DNA of 64,000 bases from a virus: positions 32,001 through 96,000 of the IMG/VR virus record IMGVR_UViG_3300037961_002813, one strand, 5' to 3'. The notes below the pieces were generated by a model, which was given only the letters and a program-made list of their open reading frames with translations, did no database searches and was not told where the DNA came from. The position numbers and the translations under genes are program-made. Shown piece after piece: positions 9,781-18,965 of the stretch (positions within the stretch are counted from its first letter, which is position 1; the number at the start of each line of letters is the position of its first letter).

Positions 9781-10364
9781 GGTATCGCCTCCCAATGGAG
9801 TAAAAACAATTCTTCACTCCAATTGTCTATGTCACCATTCTCTTTCTCTAGCATGTAGACTTTGCTACCGCTAACCATCTTATCGCCTTTCAAAGTTACA
9901 ATTACATTAGTATGTTTATTCTTATATTTCTTCACGCCGTCACCTCCGCACAGTGAGGACAGGGTATTGTTTCATCAAGAGCATGTACACCATTACACAA
10001 ATTCATTTTACACATTAGCAAAGATAAATGAAATACCTTCATGCCGTCACCTCTTCATATTCTATCGCTTCTTCAATATTTTCTAAATGCTCTTGAATTA
10101 TATCGTATCTAAGTTGTAAATCATCAAGTGCTTTCTTCATTTCCTTCAATGATAGTTCATAGGCACTTTTCATTCCCTTTAATGCTATTAACTTACTCAC
10201 GCCGTCACCTCCACGCCATATTCATTTAGGTAATGACACTCACTACAAATACGCCCTGCTTGAACATCATGTAGTGGCTCATCTTTGATACAACAGGTCT
10301 TGGAACATACCTCGCAATCTTCGTAGCCGTCTGTCACTTTGTATTCACTCATGCCGTCACCTCC
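9565..10364 (-). repeat. Five copies of the junction repeat (G/A)GAGGTGACGGC(A/G)TGA (SD + stop + start) chaining mini-genes
   Basis: Copies at 9565, 9932, 10039, 10197 and 10349; each upstream ORF ends in EVTA*. Confidence 0.9.
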
Positions 10365-10894
10365 CACCAACTAGGAACATCAGTACGCACATACCGCACC
10401 CCACCTTTACTGTATTGCTTAGACTTGTAGTAAGACCTGTAGGCTTGTACTGCAAATTTAGGATAAGCATGGTATACAATCTCACCGTCAATTGGTTCGG
10501 GTCTGTATTCATCGGGCATAGCCAATGCAAACTGTGTCAATCCACCTTCGGGAATGATGTAGTCTATACAAGACATAATGTGGATAGGTGCGCTACAAGC
10601 ATGCACTTTATCAAAACGATTTGAGTATTCAGTTAGTAGTGCTTGAGCATGGCGAGCCAACCACTGAAAGTTAGCACGACTGTCACCCGCCCATACTGTG
10701 CAAGGGTGATGTTTGTATCCTCCCTTGTATGGTTTACCTGCTTTGGTAAGTGGCATCTGCTCATCAGTAGCACCATGCCTACGCAAACTAGCGGCCATCA
10801 TCTGTGCTGACTCTACGCACATCTTAGGTAATCTAACATCATCCATGTACTTAGCCGCAGTAACAGGGTTTTCATCTAATACAAATATGTTCAT
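10349..10894 (-). CDS. Pyrimidine-dimer DNA glycosylase / endonuclease V family (Pyr_excise)
   Basis: MNIFVLD.NP..AA...KM..ESAQM...HHPCTVW...Y..RF.K.H signature. Confidence 0.85.
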   Translation of the reverse strand: MNIFVLDENPVTAAKYMDDVRLPKMCVESAQMMAASLRRHGATDEQMPLTKAGKPYKGGYKHHPCTVWAGDSRANFQWLARHAQALLTEYSNRFDKVHACSAPIHIMSCIDYIIPEGGLTQFALAMPDEYRPEPIDGEIVYHAYPKFAVQAYRSYYKSKQYSKGGVRYVRTDVPSWWEVTA

Positions 10895-11124
10895 TACAAA
10901 GCCTCCAACTTAGATTCTACATCTATAACTATAGTGTTAATGATACTTTCTAGCGTACTATTCCACCCAAAACCAAGTTGTTCTAAATCGCTCATTTTAT
11001 CTAAAACATCATAAATAATTTCTTTTGCTTGAGTAGCCAATCCGTGCAACTGTTCAAGTTGTTCGGCTTGGTATGCTTTTTCTTCTAGTCTTTCTATATC
11101 TGCTTGTATTTCTGCACTTTTCAT
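10894..11124 (-). CDS. Hypothetical helical protein
   Basis: 76 aa, TAATG overlap with the next gene. Confidence 0.55.
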   Translation of the reverse strand: MKSAEIQADIERLEEKAYQAEQLEQLHGLATQAKEIIYDVLDKMSDLEQLGFGWNSTLESIINTIVIDVESKLEAL

Positions 11125-11127
11125 TAT

Positions 11128-11325
11128 CTATTCCTCCGCTAACAAAGCCCATTCGATTTTATCTTTCAAATCAAGGCCGAATCTGTGTTCATAGGCGGTA
11201 AGGAAATCAACTACGGTTTCAATACAACCTACTTGTTCTACCATACTTTCTATGTCTTGCTTATCCCAATCATAGAGATTGACAGCAACATAACAGGCTA
11301 AATTTTTCATTTGTCTATATCCCAT
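11128..11325 (-). CDS. Hypothetical protein (start MGYRQ)
   Basis: SD GGAGG before the ATG at 11325. Confidence 0.55.
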   Translation of the reverse strand: MGYRQMKNLACYVAVNLYDWDKQDIESMVEQVGCIETVVDFLTAYEHRFGLDLKDKIEWALLAEE

Positions 11326-11327
11326 AT

Positions 11328-11489
11328 CTATTCCTCCTGTATGTCTACCTCTTCTGCCTCGAACAAGTAGTCCTCGTATGGTGCGCCAAATAATGTATGC
11401 ACTACCCACAACTTCTCTTCTAGTTCTTCTTCATTTTCTGCCTCTATCTCACCTGTATAGGTGACTCTTACTGTATATGTTTTTTTCAT
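11328..11489 (-). CDS. Small acidic protein (53 aa)
   Basis: Manual translation MKKTYTVRVTYTGEIEAENEEELEEK..., directly behind promoter copy 2. Confidence 0.55.
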   Translation of the reverse strand: MKKTYTVRVTYTGEIEAENEEELEEKLWVVHTLFGAPYEDYLFEAEEVDIQEE

Positions 11490-11502
11490 GTTTCTCAATC
11501 CT

Positions 11503-11530
11503 CATTTCTTATTTGGTTTATATATTATTT
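11503..11530 (-). promoter_or_regulatory. Conserved early promoter, copy 2
   Basis: catttcttatttggtttatatattattt on the plus strand. Confidence 0.8.
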
Positions 11531-11858
11531 ATTCCGGTCTGTATTTTTTACCGTAGTCATACATCTCTTGCCATACCCCTACCAATGCAAAGTGGTAATG
11601 GTAATCATTTACACTCGCTTTGAAGTTGTCATAGTTTATACCCATCAACAGGTCACCGATGACAGTGCCTACAACATAGTTGTCTATGTCTGCCCTGTAT
11701 GGGTAGTCTGCATCTGCATCTTCATACACTTCTGCATTTGGAAAAATACTTTCAATGTGATTTTTATTTCTCGCTCGCACCAATAATGTATGTTCCTTAT
11801 CCCTGTGCTTTACGATACTCAACCATCCCTTATTGGTCGCTATCCACATAGTCACCAT
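11529..11858 (-). CDS. Conserved phage-type hypothetical protein
   Basis: MWI...GWLSIV...LLVRAR...ADYPYRA...INYDNFK resembles a widespread phage family. Confidence 0.65.
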   Translation of the reverse strand: MVTMWIATNKGWLSIVKHRDKEHTLLVRARNKNHIESIFPNAEVYEDADADYPYRADIDNYVVGTVIGDLLMGINYDNFKASVNDYHYHFALVGVWQEMYDYGKKYRPE

Positions 11859-12153
11859 CTTCCTCTATTAATCCTAACTCCTTACCGTTGTACATGATTA
11901 CGCTTTCTCCATCTTCGTTGTAATCAAGTAGCGGGTTTTCCCAATAAAATTCATCTATACCGGATTCAATGTGTAAACGCCAAATACTTAACAAGAAACC
12001 ATGTGGTGTAGACTCTACTGTAGGGTCAATCTCTATTTGCCGCAAAGCATCTTGGATTAGTTTATCCGCATGCCGTTTGTTTTTACATGGGTCTACATTT
12101 GCCCCATCTTCACTATATCCATATCGTGCTACATATTCTATTCTTTTACTCAT
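11830..12153 (-). CDS. Hypothetical protein
   Basis: 107 aa with ATGA overlap. Confidence 0.55.
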   Translation of the reverse strand: MSKRIEYVARYGYSEDGANVDPCKNKRHADKLIQDALRQIEIDPTVESTPHGFLLSIWRLHIESGIDEFYWENPLLDYNEDGESVIMYNGKELGLIEEDGDYVDSDQ

Positions 12154-12455
12154 TCTTCATCCTCCGATTGTATTGAATGTAATACCTTAGATGTTGCCTC
12201 GGACATTTTCATAACTTGGATAGTTTCACCATCCTTGTAGCCATCTATCTCAACCTCACTCTCATGTTTGCGACCTGTAACAAGATTGAACTGACCAAGC
12301 ATGAACAGTATCCCGTTAGTCGTGTAACCTTTGTTGATATACTTCACTATCTTGTTACGCATGATTTCTTCCGCTTCCATCTGTGCATCAGTCACAATCT
12401 CGTTAAGTTCTTTCAGTGTTAATTTCACGCTAACAACTCCATCGCTTTGTTCCAT
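12150..12455 (-). CDS. Hypothetical protein
   Basis: 101 aa, ends in EDEE* at an ATGA junction. Confidence 0.55.
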   Translation of the reverse strand: MEQSDGVVSVKLTLKELNEIVTDAQMEAEEIMRNKIVKYINKGYTTNGILFMLGQFNLVTGRKHESEVEIDGYKDGETIQVMKMSEATSKVLHSIQSEDEE

Positions 12456-13426
12456 GCAATAACCTTTCTTCGTGCAAGTGGGCCGAACATGGCTGACTGT
12501 GTGCGCTTGATACTTGTCTCACCATTACGCAGTTGAGTGAGGCTGTGGTCAATCGCTTCTGTGATTGCATTGTAAGCCGCCCATACTGTGCCACTCATGT
12601 TACCGATGTTGTTAGTAGGTGACAGTAGTAGTTTGTTGGTGGAAGCAATAATGTTCTTACCTCTTGTCGCAAGTTCACCATCTTCATCACGCTTCAAGTC
12701 CATGACATCAATGAAGTATTCTTGCGTAGTTTCAAGATTAATTTTCGTATTCAACATACGCTCTACATCATTAGCCCATTGTGTGAAGTCCTCTTCTACA
12801 GCCTGTAGTGCTTTCTTTGCTTCTTCCATTCTCTCGTGCATCTTACCGGAGTGACGGATTGCATACCCTTGACCTTTACCTCGACCTAACGCCATTGACA
12901 AAGTATTGAAACATACCACACGGATAGGTGTCGGTAGTATTCTTACCGAGCCTGTGCCATCGTGTGTGTTGCTTATCAACAGATACTTGTGGACTGTATC
13001 TACATTATCGAACACGATACTTGTAGGTAGCCTCGCTAGTATCCAAACTGTCTGTCCTTCGCCTAGCGCACCACATACCTCAACCTTCGGCTTGTGGTCA
13101 CCTGTCAATTCGTCAAGGAATGAAAACGCTTCTACATTCTGTAGTGCTTTCCATACCTTGCCAACTGTTTGTCCGTTCTTTGTCAATGGAATCTTCTTGC
13201 CGCTTTCAGTACGGAACACACCGTATGTACCGGGCAGTACATCCATCTCATCATTGTCCTCATAGTACAATGGCTCTTTGGTAACCACCCAATTCAAGTT
13301 GGCCTTGATTAACGCATCATGCGTGGTCATCAATCCATCTGCTTGTGTTCCTAACTTGTGCCACGGAGTTGCCCCCGCCCATGCTGTCATCCATTCTCCT
13401 GTTTGTGTTTGTGCTATATTGTGCAT
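12425..13426 (-). CDS. DUF932-family phage/plasmid protein
   Basis: TPWHKLG, LNWVV.KEP, LQNVEAFSFLD, GALG.G..VW, NTHDGTGS...TPIRVVCFNTL, GTVWAAYNAITE. Confidence 0.9.
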   Translation of the reverse strand: MHNIAQTQTGEWMTAWAGATPWHKLGTQADGLMTTHDALIKANLNWVVTKEPLYYEDNDEMDVLPGTYGVFRTESGKKIPLTKNGQTVGKVWKALQNVEAFSFLDELTGDHKPKVEVCGALGEGQTVWILARLPTSIVFDNVDTVHKYLLISNTHDGTGSVRILPTPIRVVCFNTLSMALGRGKGQGYAIRHSGKMHERMEEAKKALQAVEEDFTQWANDVERMLNTKINLETTQEYFIDVMDLKRDEDGELATRGKNIIASTNKLLLSPTNNIGNMSGTVWAAYNAITEAIDHSLTQLRNGETSIKRTQSAMFGPLARRKVIAWNKAMELLA

Positions 13427-13452
13427 TTTTTATCTCTCCTTTTCATCTCTCT

Positions 13453-13480
13453 TTTCTTTCTTGGTTTATATATCATTTCT
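13453..13480 (-). promoter_or_regulatory. Conserved early promoter, copy 3
   Basis: tttctttcttggtttatatatcattt followed by ttcagt. Confidence 0.8.
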
Positions 13481-13954
13481 TTCAGTCTTGTTTTTATTTT
13501 TGTTTTCGTGAATCATATTGTGTATTAATTCCCTCGCAATATTGTCGTACAACTCTTTGTTCTTCGGTAGTATGTCTTTCCACGGTATAGCCATAGATGG
13601 TCTTAGTTCAGCCATCTTCGCTCTTACTTCTTTGTCGTTAAGGTTGGCAAGTAAGCGTAGTACAACATACGCTACTCCGCCTGTCCTATCCCTACCGTGT
13701 ACACAGTGCAAGAGTACATCCTTACCTGTGTCGAGTAAGTCAATCACCAAGTCTACGGCATGCGCCCATATCTCCGGTGTACTATTTTTAGCCCTAAAGT
13801 AATAGTGGTGTCGCTCATGCTTGTCCGAGTCTATGTATCTAGGTGGGTAGCGACACAGTGTAACTATCGTGTGGTTCGGTTGTAGTGTATCACGGAAGTC
13901 ATTAAGGCCACACATAGTAAGTGAGCCATTACTTACTTTGATTGATTGGTTCAT
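13466..13954 (-). CDS. Dual-specificity/tyrosine phosphatase family protein
   Basis: CX5R loop VLLHCVHGRDRTG and a downstream LRP motif. Confidence 0.9.
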   Translation of the reverse strand: MNQSIKVSNGSLTMCGLNDFRDTLQPNHTIVTLCRYPPRYIDSDKHERHHYYFRAKNSTPEIWAHAVDLVIDLLDTGKDVLLHCVHGRDRTGGVAYVVLRLLANLNDKEVRAKMAELRPSMAIPWKDILPKNKELYDNIARELIHNMIHENKNKNKTERNDI

Positions 13955-14018
13955 TTGTCTCTCTCCTTAATTATTTGTTCACAAATCCAAATCCACATCA
14001 ATTCATTTAATGTCATTC

Positions 14019-14330
14019 TCATTCTTCCTCGCCTCCATACATCATTTCGTAGCATTCCTTTGAACAGATGTGAATATCGTCATCATCTATCTCTTCTCTA
14101 AAGTGACCCTCACCTTGCATTTCTGTTCCGCACCAATCGCATTCATACACTTCATAGTGACCTTTTTCGGCTAAATCGTGGTATTCATCTATATCCCAAG
14201 AATAGTCAGTGGTTCTATGTTCTTCGCAGATTTTACAGTAAGCCTCAACAAACACATGGACTATACCATCACTGTCACTTGGTCTGTATGGCACGCTAAA
14301 TGTCCACTCATGATTACATTCTTTCTTCAT
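14019..14330 (-). CDS. Hypothetical Zn-binding protein
   Basis: CNHEW, CKIC, CDWC and CSKEC motifs. Confidence 0.6.
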   Translation of the reverse strand: MKKECNHEWTFSVPYRPSDSDGIVHVFVEAYCKICEEHRTTDYSWDIDEYHDLAEKGHYEVYECDWCGTEMQGEGHFREEIDDDDIHICSKECYEMMYGGEEE

Positions 14331-14674
14331 TCAATCACCTTCCCATTTGTAATACTTCTGTGTAAGTCCTCAATGTAATCACTCATGTAATACCCATCAG
14401 CCGCCTCCATATTGTTAGCAATATCAGTAATCGCTTCACGCAACCGTTTGATTTCAGCAAGAAGTTTTGGTGCGTCTTGTATCAGTAAAGCATCTGCTTC
14501 AATTTTCTTCCTTGTTCTTTGTCCTACTTCTTCGGTAAACAATTTACATATTCCACCTACTGCTACCGAGCCATCCTCAAAGAAATGAGCCTTCCAATGT
14601 GTGCTATGTCCTTCGTAGTCATCTATGACGATACCACGAGGGCGAAAGAGAGAAAAGAGGGGAATCCAACTCAT
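14327..14674 (-). CDS. Ead/Ea22-like protein (outlying member of the EVKRLRE family)
   Basis: YEGH...DALLIQDAPKLLAEIKRLRE, with a degenerate copy of the array repeat at 14436. Confidence 0.6.
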   Translation of the reverse strand: MSWIPLFSLFRPRGIVIDDYEGHSTHWKAHFFEDGSVAVGGICKLFTEEVGQRTRKKIEADALLIQDAPKLLAEIKRLREAITDIANNMEAADGYYMSDYIEDLHRSITNGKVIE

Positions 14675-14810
14675 TCTTCCTCGCCTCCTTCACATTCTTT
14701 ACACAAGCCTTGCTTGTTCATATCTACTAACGGATAGGCGTGGGAACACCCTAAGCAATAACCCATGAGTATTCCTTTCTTTACTCCCTCAATGTAATCA
14801 TCGCTGTGTA

Positions 14811-15104
14811 TCATTCTTCCTCGCCTCCTTCACGATACTCCGCCCATTCATCGAACAGCGTTTCATTATCTATTTTGAATACCCTCTTTGTTGAAAGCCC
14901 ACACACTTTACACAAGTATCTCAATTCCATTTCATTGTCTGCAACGGTAGGTGTAGCCAACGCTTGATGGTGAACCAATGTCCACTCATGCTCTACACAT
15001 GGTTTATCTGCGTAGCCGGACTCTTCCCAAAAGTTTAGTTTGTCCAACCTGTTCTGCAAGTCTATCATATCTTGTTTTATTTTATCTCTTAATTTATTTT
15101 TCAT
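14811..15104 (-). CDS. Hypothetical Zn-binding protein
   Basis: C.EHEW and CKVC; ends in GGEEE*. Confidence 0.55.
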   Translation of the reverse strand: MKNKLRDKIKQDMIDLQNRLDKLNFWEESGYADKPCVEHEWTLVHHQALATPTVADNEMELRYLCKVCGLSTKRVFKIDNETLFDEWAEYREGGEEE

Positions 15105-15317
15105 CTTTCTTCACCGCCTCAAATAAGTCTTTATACAATTTAGCATACTCTTTCTTTTCATCATCGTCAAGCATATCGAGAACATAATCCCAATCTGTAT
15201 GTTCAAGGAAAATTCTCTTTGCTTTTTCTTCTAACTCCAATATCCTTTGCTTCTTTATTTTCAACTTGATTTCTTTCTGCTTGTTTATCCATTCGTTGTT
15301 CATATTACTACACCATG

Positions 15318-15578
15318 TCATTCTTTCTTCACCGCCTCTCTTAACGCCCATCTGCTTTGCTTGTGCTTATTGTCGTACCTAACTTTACGATAATAACGAC
15401 CAAGCACTGTGCTTAACTCATTCCTCGTTACACCTACTCGTAGGGGTTTGAAGTCTATCTCCGGTATCTTGACATTACCGTGTACTATATCGTAGATTTG
15501 TCCTGTGTATAAATTAGGTTTTACTTTTAGTAACTTAGTAATCCTGTTGCGTATAACTGTCTTGCTCATCTTAATCAC
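15318..15578 (-). CDS. Small basic protein (possible winged helix)
   Basis: 86 aa, basic. Confidence 0.5.
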   Translation of the reverse strand: MIKMSKTVIRNRITKLLKVKPNLYTGQIYDIVHGNVKIPEIDFKPLRVGVTRNELSTVLGRYYRKVRYDNKHKQSRWALREAVKKE

Positions 15579-15719
15579 CCATCAGTGTTTTTATGTCCTC
15601 TAAAGGTAAATGGTAATAAAAATCTTCACAAGCATATCTTGTACCGTCTGTATAGTTCAACTTCATTTGTTCTAATGAACAATAAGGGCATAACGGCATT
15701 GATAATCTACAATTTTTAT

Positions 15720-17183
15720 TCATCCAGTCACTTCCTTTGTACGGTTTAGTTTATCCTCCCTATAACCAAACGGCATTGTTGTAAATTTATCTTTGTGCAT
15801 TTCAAACCACATGTCACCTTTAGTTTGTAAGTTCACTAAACATTGTTGTGGAGTAGACATTGATTCAACTTCAACATTAGGGTGTAGATTTAATTCAGTG
15901 GTCACATTGTTAGTCTTGTACCTAATGGTAGGAGTAACAAACTGTAATTCTCCATTCTTGATTTTTCTATCTACACATACTTGAAGATTGTTTGGTCGCA
16001 TGGCATTATTTACTGCGGAACAATAATCAATAGCATCCTGTTCATTTAAGAATCTAACATTGTACCCAATAATGTCATAGGTATGTAACTTTTCTATCGG
16101 TTTCCAAACATAAGACACGATTTCCATACCGAATGATTTTTGCACATGACCCTTTGAATACACCCAACCGTTTACTTCATCACCTAACTTACGCTTCTTA
16201 GAATTAGATGCCATGATTTTTGTTCTTTTATCTTGAACTTTTCGCCACACACTGTCATACCACTTGAACTTACGACCTCTACCTTCTGTTGTTTGACACA
16301 CTACACCACGCTTCTTCATACGATTGACAGCCTTGTTGATTTGTTTAATTACCGTCTTGTCGTCAGCGTGTTTAGTGTAAGTGCGAGTAAACATTTTGTT
16401 GTATTCAATTGAGCCATCTAACACTAGCCTTTTTTGTAAGTAATCACTTGTCCACCCTACAGGTATGTTGGATGGTGATAAGATTTGTAAATCCGGCATC
16501 ATGACCCAAGCATTTCTTTTGGCTTCCCCGCCATGAATCGTACACATACTTTCCTTGTCTCTTGTACACAAACCATACCATGAAATTTCTCCATATTTTG
16601 ATTTAATCTTTGAAGTTCCTTTAGATGTAGTAAAGTAATAACTCGGCCAATTATATTCAACTGAATTACGACAGAAAGTTTCAAACTCTTTCTTTCTACT
16701 TTTTTGTGATTCACTTGAGATACTACTGTATCCCCCTTCAACTTCCCATCCGCATATTACATCTAAGTAATCACGATAGTCAATTTCATGTCTGTCTAAT
16801 ACACCTATTATGGAATTAATATACCCTACTCTTCTTTGTCTACCGTATTCATTGGACTCACGCTTTATGTGAACACCATCACACACAACTTTCTTTCTGT
16901 CTAATACACCTCTTACAATTCTCCCCGACTCAAACAATGAGGCGAGTCTTGTATGGTCATTGACTAAATCTTTAGCCGTGACCTCTACATTCTCGCCCAT
17001 ACTAACGATACTGTACAGTACCGCTATGTCCATTGGGTTAGCCTTGCCTACCGTATGTTTCACATACCCTAACGCTTGACTTGTCAGTACTTCTTCGTCA
17101 GTGTATGAAAGGGTATCACCCATCAGTCCTAATTCGTGCCATGTGTTCGCATCTCTATGTTTACTATATTGCATATTTCTCAT
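15720..17183 (-). CDS. Hypothetical protein (487 aa)
   Basis: Long ORF directly behind promoter copy 4; no recognised motif. Confidence 0.75.
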   Translation of the reverse strand: MRNMQYSKHRDANTWHELGLMGDTLSYTDEEVLTSQALGYVKHTVGKANPMDIAVLYSIVSMGENVEVTAKDLVNDHTRLASLFESGRIVRGVLDRKKVVCDGVHIKRESNEYGRQRRVGYINSIIGVLDRHEIDYRDYLDVICGWEVEGGYSSISSESQKSRKKEFETFCRNSVEYNWPSYYFTTSKGTSKIKSKYGEISWYGLCTRDKESMCTIHGGEAKRNAWVMMPDLQILSPSNIPVGWTSDYLQKRLVLDGSIEYNKMFTRTYTKHADDKTVIKQINKAVNRMKKRGVVCQTTEGRGRKFKWYDSVWRKVQDKRTKIMASNSKKRKLGDEVNGWVYSKGHVQKSFGMEIVSYVWKPIEKLHTYDIIGYNVRFLNEQDAIDYCSAVNNAMRPNNLQVCVDRKIKNGELQFVTPTIRYKTNNVTTELNLHPNVEVESMSTPQQCLVNLQTKGDMWFEMHKDKFTTMPFGYREDKLNRTKEVTG

Positions 17184-17187
17184 CTCT

Positions 17188-17216
17188 CATTTCTTATTTG
17201 GTTTATATATCATTTC
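17188..17216 (-). promoter_or_regulatory. Conserved early promoter, copy 4
   Basis: catttcttatttggtttatatatcattt followed by ttcagt. Confidence 0.8.
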
Positions 17217-17230
17217 TTTCAGTGTCAATT

Positions 17231-17467
17231 TTATTCTAATGGATGGTCTATGTACTTGTCACCTAGTGTCCATCTAAGGGCTTTGACTACGCCCTCAAGT
17301 GCCTTGTAATTTCTCATGTGATAGATACGCTCTTTCTTCTTACCTATCTGCATCCTTGTGAAGTGCATGTTCTGTTTGCGCTCGGCTCTATCGAGCATAG
17401 CAAGGATAACTTTCTCATCCCTAACGCCCATGAATGATTCGCTGTCTTGGTGGTCGCTCATTGTCAT
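17231..17467 (-). CDS. Hypothetical protein
   Basis: 78 aa with ATGA overlap to the array. Confidence 0.6.
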   Translation of the reverse strand: MTMSDHQDSESFMGVRDEKVILAMLDRAERKQNMHFTRMQIGKKKERIYHMRNYKALEGVVKALRWTLGDKYIDHPLE

Positions 17468-17796
17468 TCTTTCATCACCTCACAGAAGTTATTGAACCAA
17501 TCATTTCTATCTTCGTGATTACAATTTTCCCACACATCAACTACTTGCTCTATCAAGTCACGCAACCGCTTGACTTCTTCAAGGAGTAATGGTGCGTCTG
17601 CTATCAAGTTTGCATCAGCATCGGAAAACTCAATGACCTTGTCCTCAAGGTCAAAATCAACTACGCTGAATGCTTGAACATAAGCGATGTATCTGTCATT
17701 AGGGCATTTACCATTTGACACGAAGTTGTTGGTTATTCTCCAACCAACTTCATTATCACCTTTAGTATGTCCTTCATATTTGTCTGTGTCAATCAT
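17464..17796 (-). CDS. MIDTDKY/EVKRLR array gene (Ead/Ea22-like)
   Basis: MIDTDKYEGHT...DANLIADAPLLLEEVKRLRD. Confidence 0.75.
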   Translation of the reverse strand: MIDTDKYEGHTKGDNEVGWRITNNFVSNGKCPNDRYIAYVQAFSVVDFDLEDKVIEFSDADANLIADAPLLLEEVKRLRDLIEQVVDVWENCNHEDRNDWFNNFCEVMKE

Positions 17797-18071
17797 TCAA
17801 TCATCTCCTTCTTGTATGTCATACCATCAATCGTGACTAAGCCATCTTCTTCTTTCCATTCTTCTATGAGAAGTAGTAACTTCCTACAAGTATAGTCGGC
17901 ATTCTCCATGAGCCAATCCCATACTCTTTCATATTCCCAATCAGCCATTCGCAAGATATGATTCTCTTCACGCAACCGCTTGACTTCTGCGAGCAGGTTC
18001 TCTACTGCATCCTCTAATTCATCGGATGGCGTTTCCCATGTCATTTCTTCGTATTTGTCTGTGTCAATCAT
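17793..18071 (-). CDS. MIDTDKY/EVKRLR array gene
   Basis: MIDTDKYEE...LLAEVKRLRE. Confidence 0.75.
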   Translation of the reverse strand: MIDTDKYEEMTWETPSDELEDAVENLLAEVKRLREENHILRMADWEYERVWDWLMENADYTCRKLLLLIEEWKEEDGLVTIDGMTYKKEMIE

Positions 18072-18265
18072 TCAATCACTCCCATTTCTCTCATTATCCG
18101 ACAGAACTCCAATGAATCCATGTCTAAATCTAAGTAAGCCTTGATGGTTTCACGCAACCGCTTGACTTCTGTAATCAAGTTCGTCAGTGTATCTCCAAGT
18201 GTTTCACCCTCAAACTCTACAAGTTCGGGATGGTCTGTTTCTTCGTATTTGTCTGTGTCAATCAT
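18068..18265 (-). CDS. MIDTDKY/EVKRLR array gene (start corrected to 18265)
   Basis: MIDTDKYEE...ITEVKRLRE. Confidence 0.75.
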   Translation of the reverse strand: MIDTDKYEETDHPELVEFEGETLGDTLTNLITEVKRLRETIKAYLDLDMDSLEFCRIMREMGVIE

Positions 18266-18564
18266 TCTTCCTCGCCCTCCAAAATATCTAAACATGAATA
18301 TTCTACATCATTAAAACCACAACGGTTTATAGCATCCTCCAGTTTCTTATTTTCTTCACGCAACCGCTTGACTTCTGCATCTAATTCTTCGCACTTCTCT
18401 ATCCACTTTAGTCCATCTTCATGCTTACCATCAAGTTCAAAGCGTAGTGACTCATTTACTCTAACAATATTACAGTAAGAGTGCATAACTTCTTCCCATT
18501 GGTGAGCCTTTAGGTTATGCCAATCGTCAATCGTTAGTTCTGCGTATTTGTCTGTGTCAATCAT
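18262..18564 (-). CDS. MIDTDKY/EVKRLR array gene
   Basis: MIDTDKYAE...LDAEVKRLRE. Confidence 0.75.
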   Translation of the reverse strand: MIDTDKYAELTIDDWHNLKAHQWEEVMHSYCNIVRVNESLRFELDGKHEDGLKWIEKCEELDAEVKRLREENKKLEDAINRCGFNDVEYSCLDILEGEEE

Positions 18565-18965
18565 TCAATCATCTCCAACATATCTTTCATGAAACCATCT
18601 ATCCAATCCGCTACTTCTTCATCAGCGAGGTGAGAAGAATATGCTTCAATGAGTTTTGCCATGTTGTCAGCAACTTTACCAATTCCTTCACGCAACCGCT
18701 TGACTTCTGCTAGAAGTTTTGGTGCGTCTGCCATCAGCATTTTGTTCGCCATCATTGTCGTGAACTCTTCATCGGAGAAATCTTCACCCTCCGGTAATGG
18801 TGTCATGGTAGCAATCGGCACTTCTTCGTAGCCTTTCTTGCCATAAGTGGAAGGGTCAGTAAAACTCTCTCCATTGTAAAGGCACTTCCATATTTCTCGC
18901 CCTTCCTCACTGTTGTAATTCCACGGTGCGGGTGTATGTCCTTCGTATTTGTCTGTGTCAATCAT
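18561..18965 (-). CDS. MIDTDKY/EVKRLR array gene (Ead/Ea22-like)
   Basis: MIDTDKYEGHTPAPW...MADAPKLLAEVKRLRE. Confidence 0.75.
   Translation of the reverse strand: MIDTDKYEGHTPAPWNYNSEEGREIWKCLYNGESFTDPSTYGKKGYEEVPIATMTPLPEGEDFSDEEFTTMMANKMLMADAPKLLAEVKRLREGIGKVADNMAKLIEAYSSHLADEEVADWIDGFMKDMLEMIE

Larger units (their letters stand above)
14019..14828 (-). repeat. Junction repeat GGAGGCGAGGAAGAATGA (GGEEE*), three exact copies
   Basis: Copies at 14019, 14671 and 14811; variants at 15318 and 18262. Confidence 0.85.

Noticed and set aside
9777-9935. Suspected frameshift in a mini-gene
   Set aside because: Re-reading shows a continuous 52-aa frame (MKKYKNK...HWEAIP*).
9565-10364. Mini-CRISPR or integron attC array
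   Set aside because: The repeat is only 16 bp, is not palindromic and consists of SD plus stop/start; no integrase was seen.
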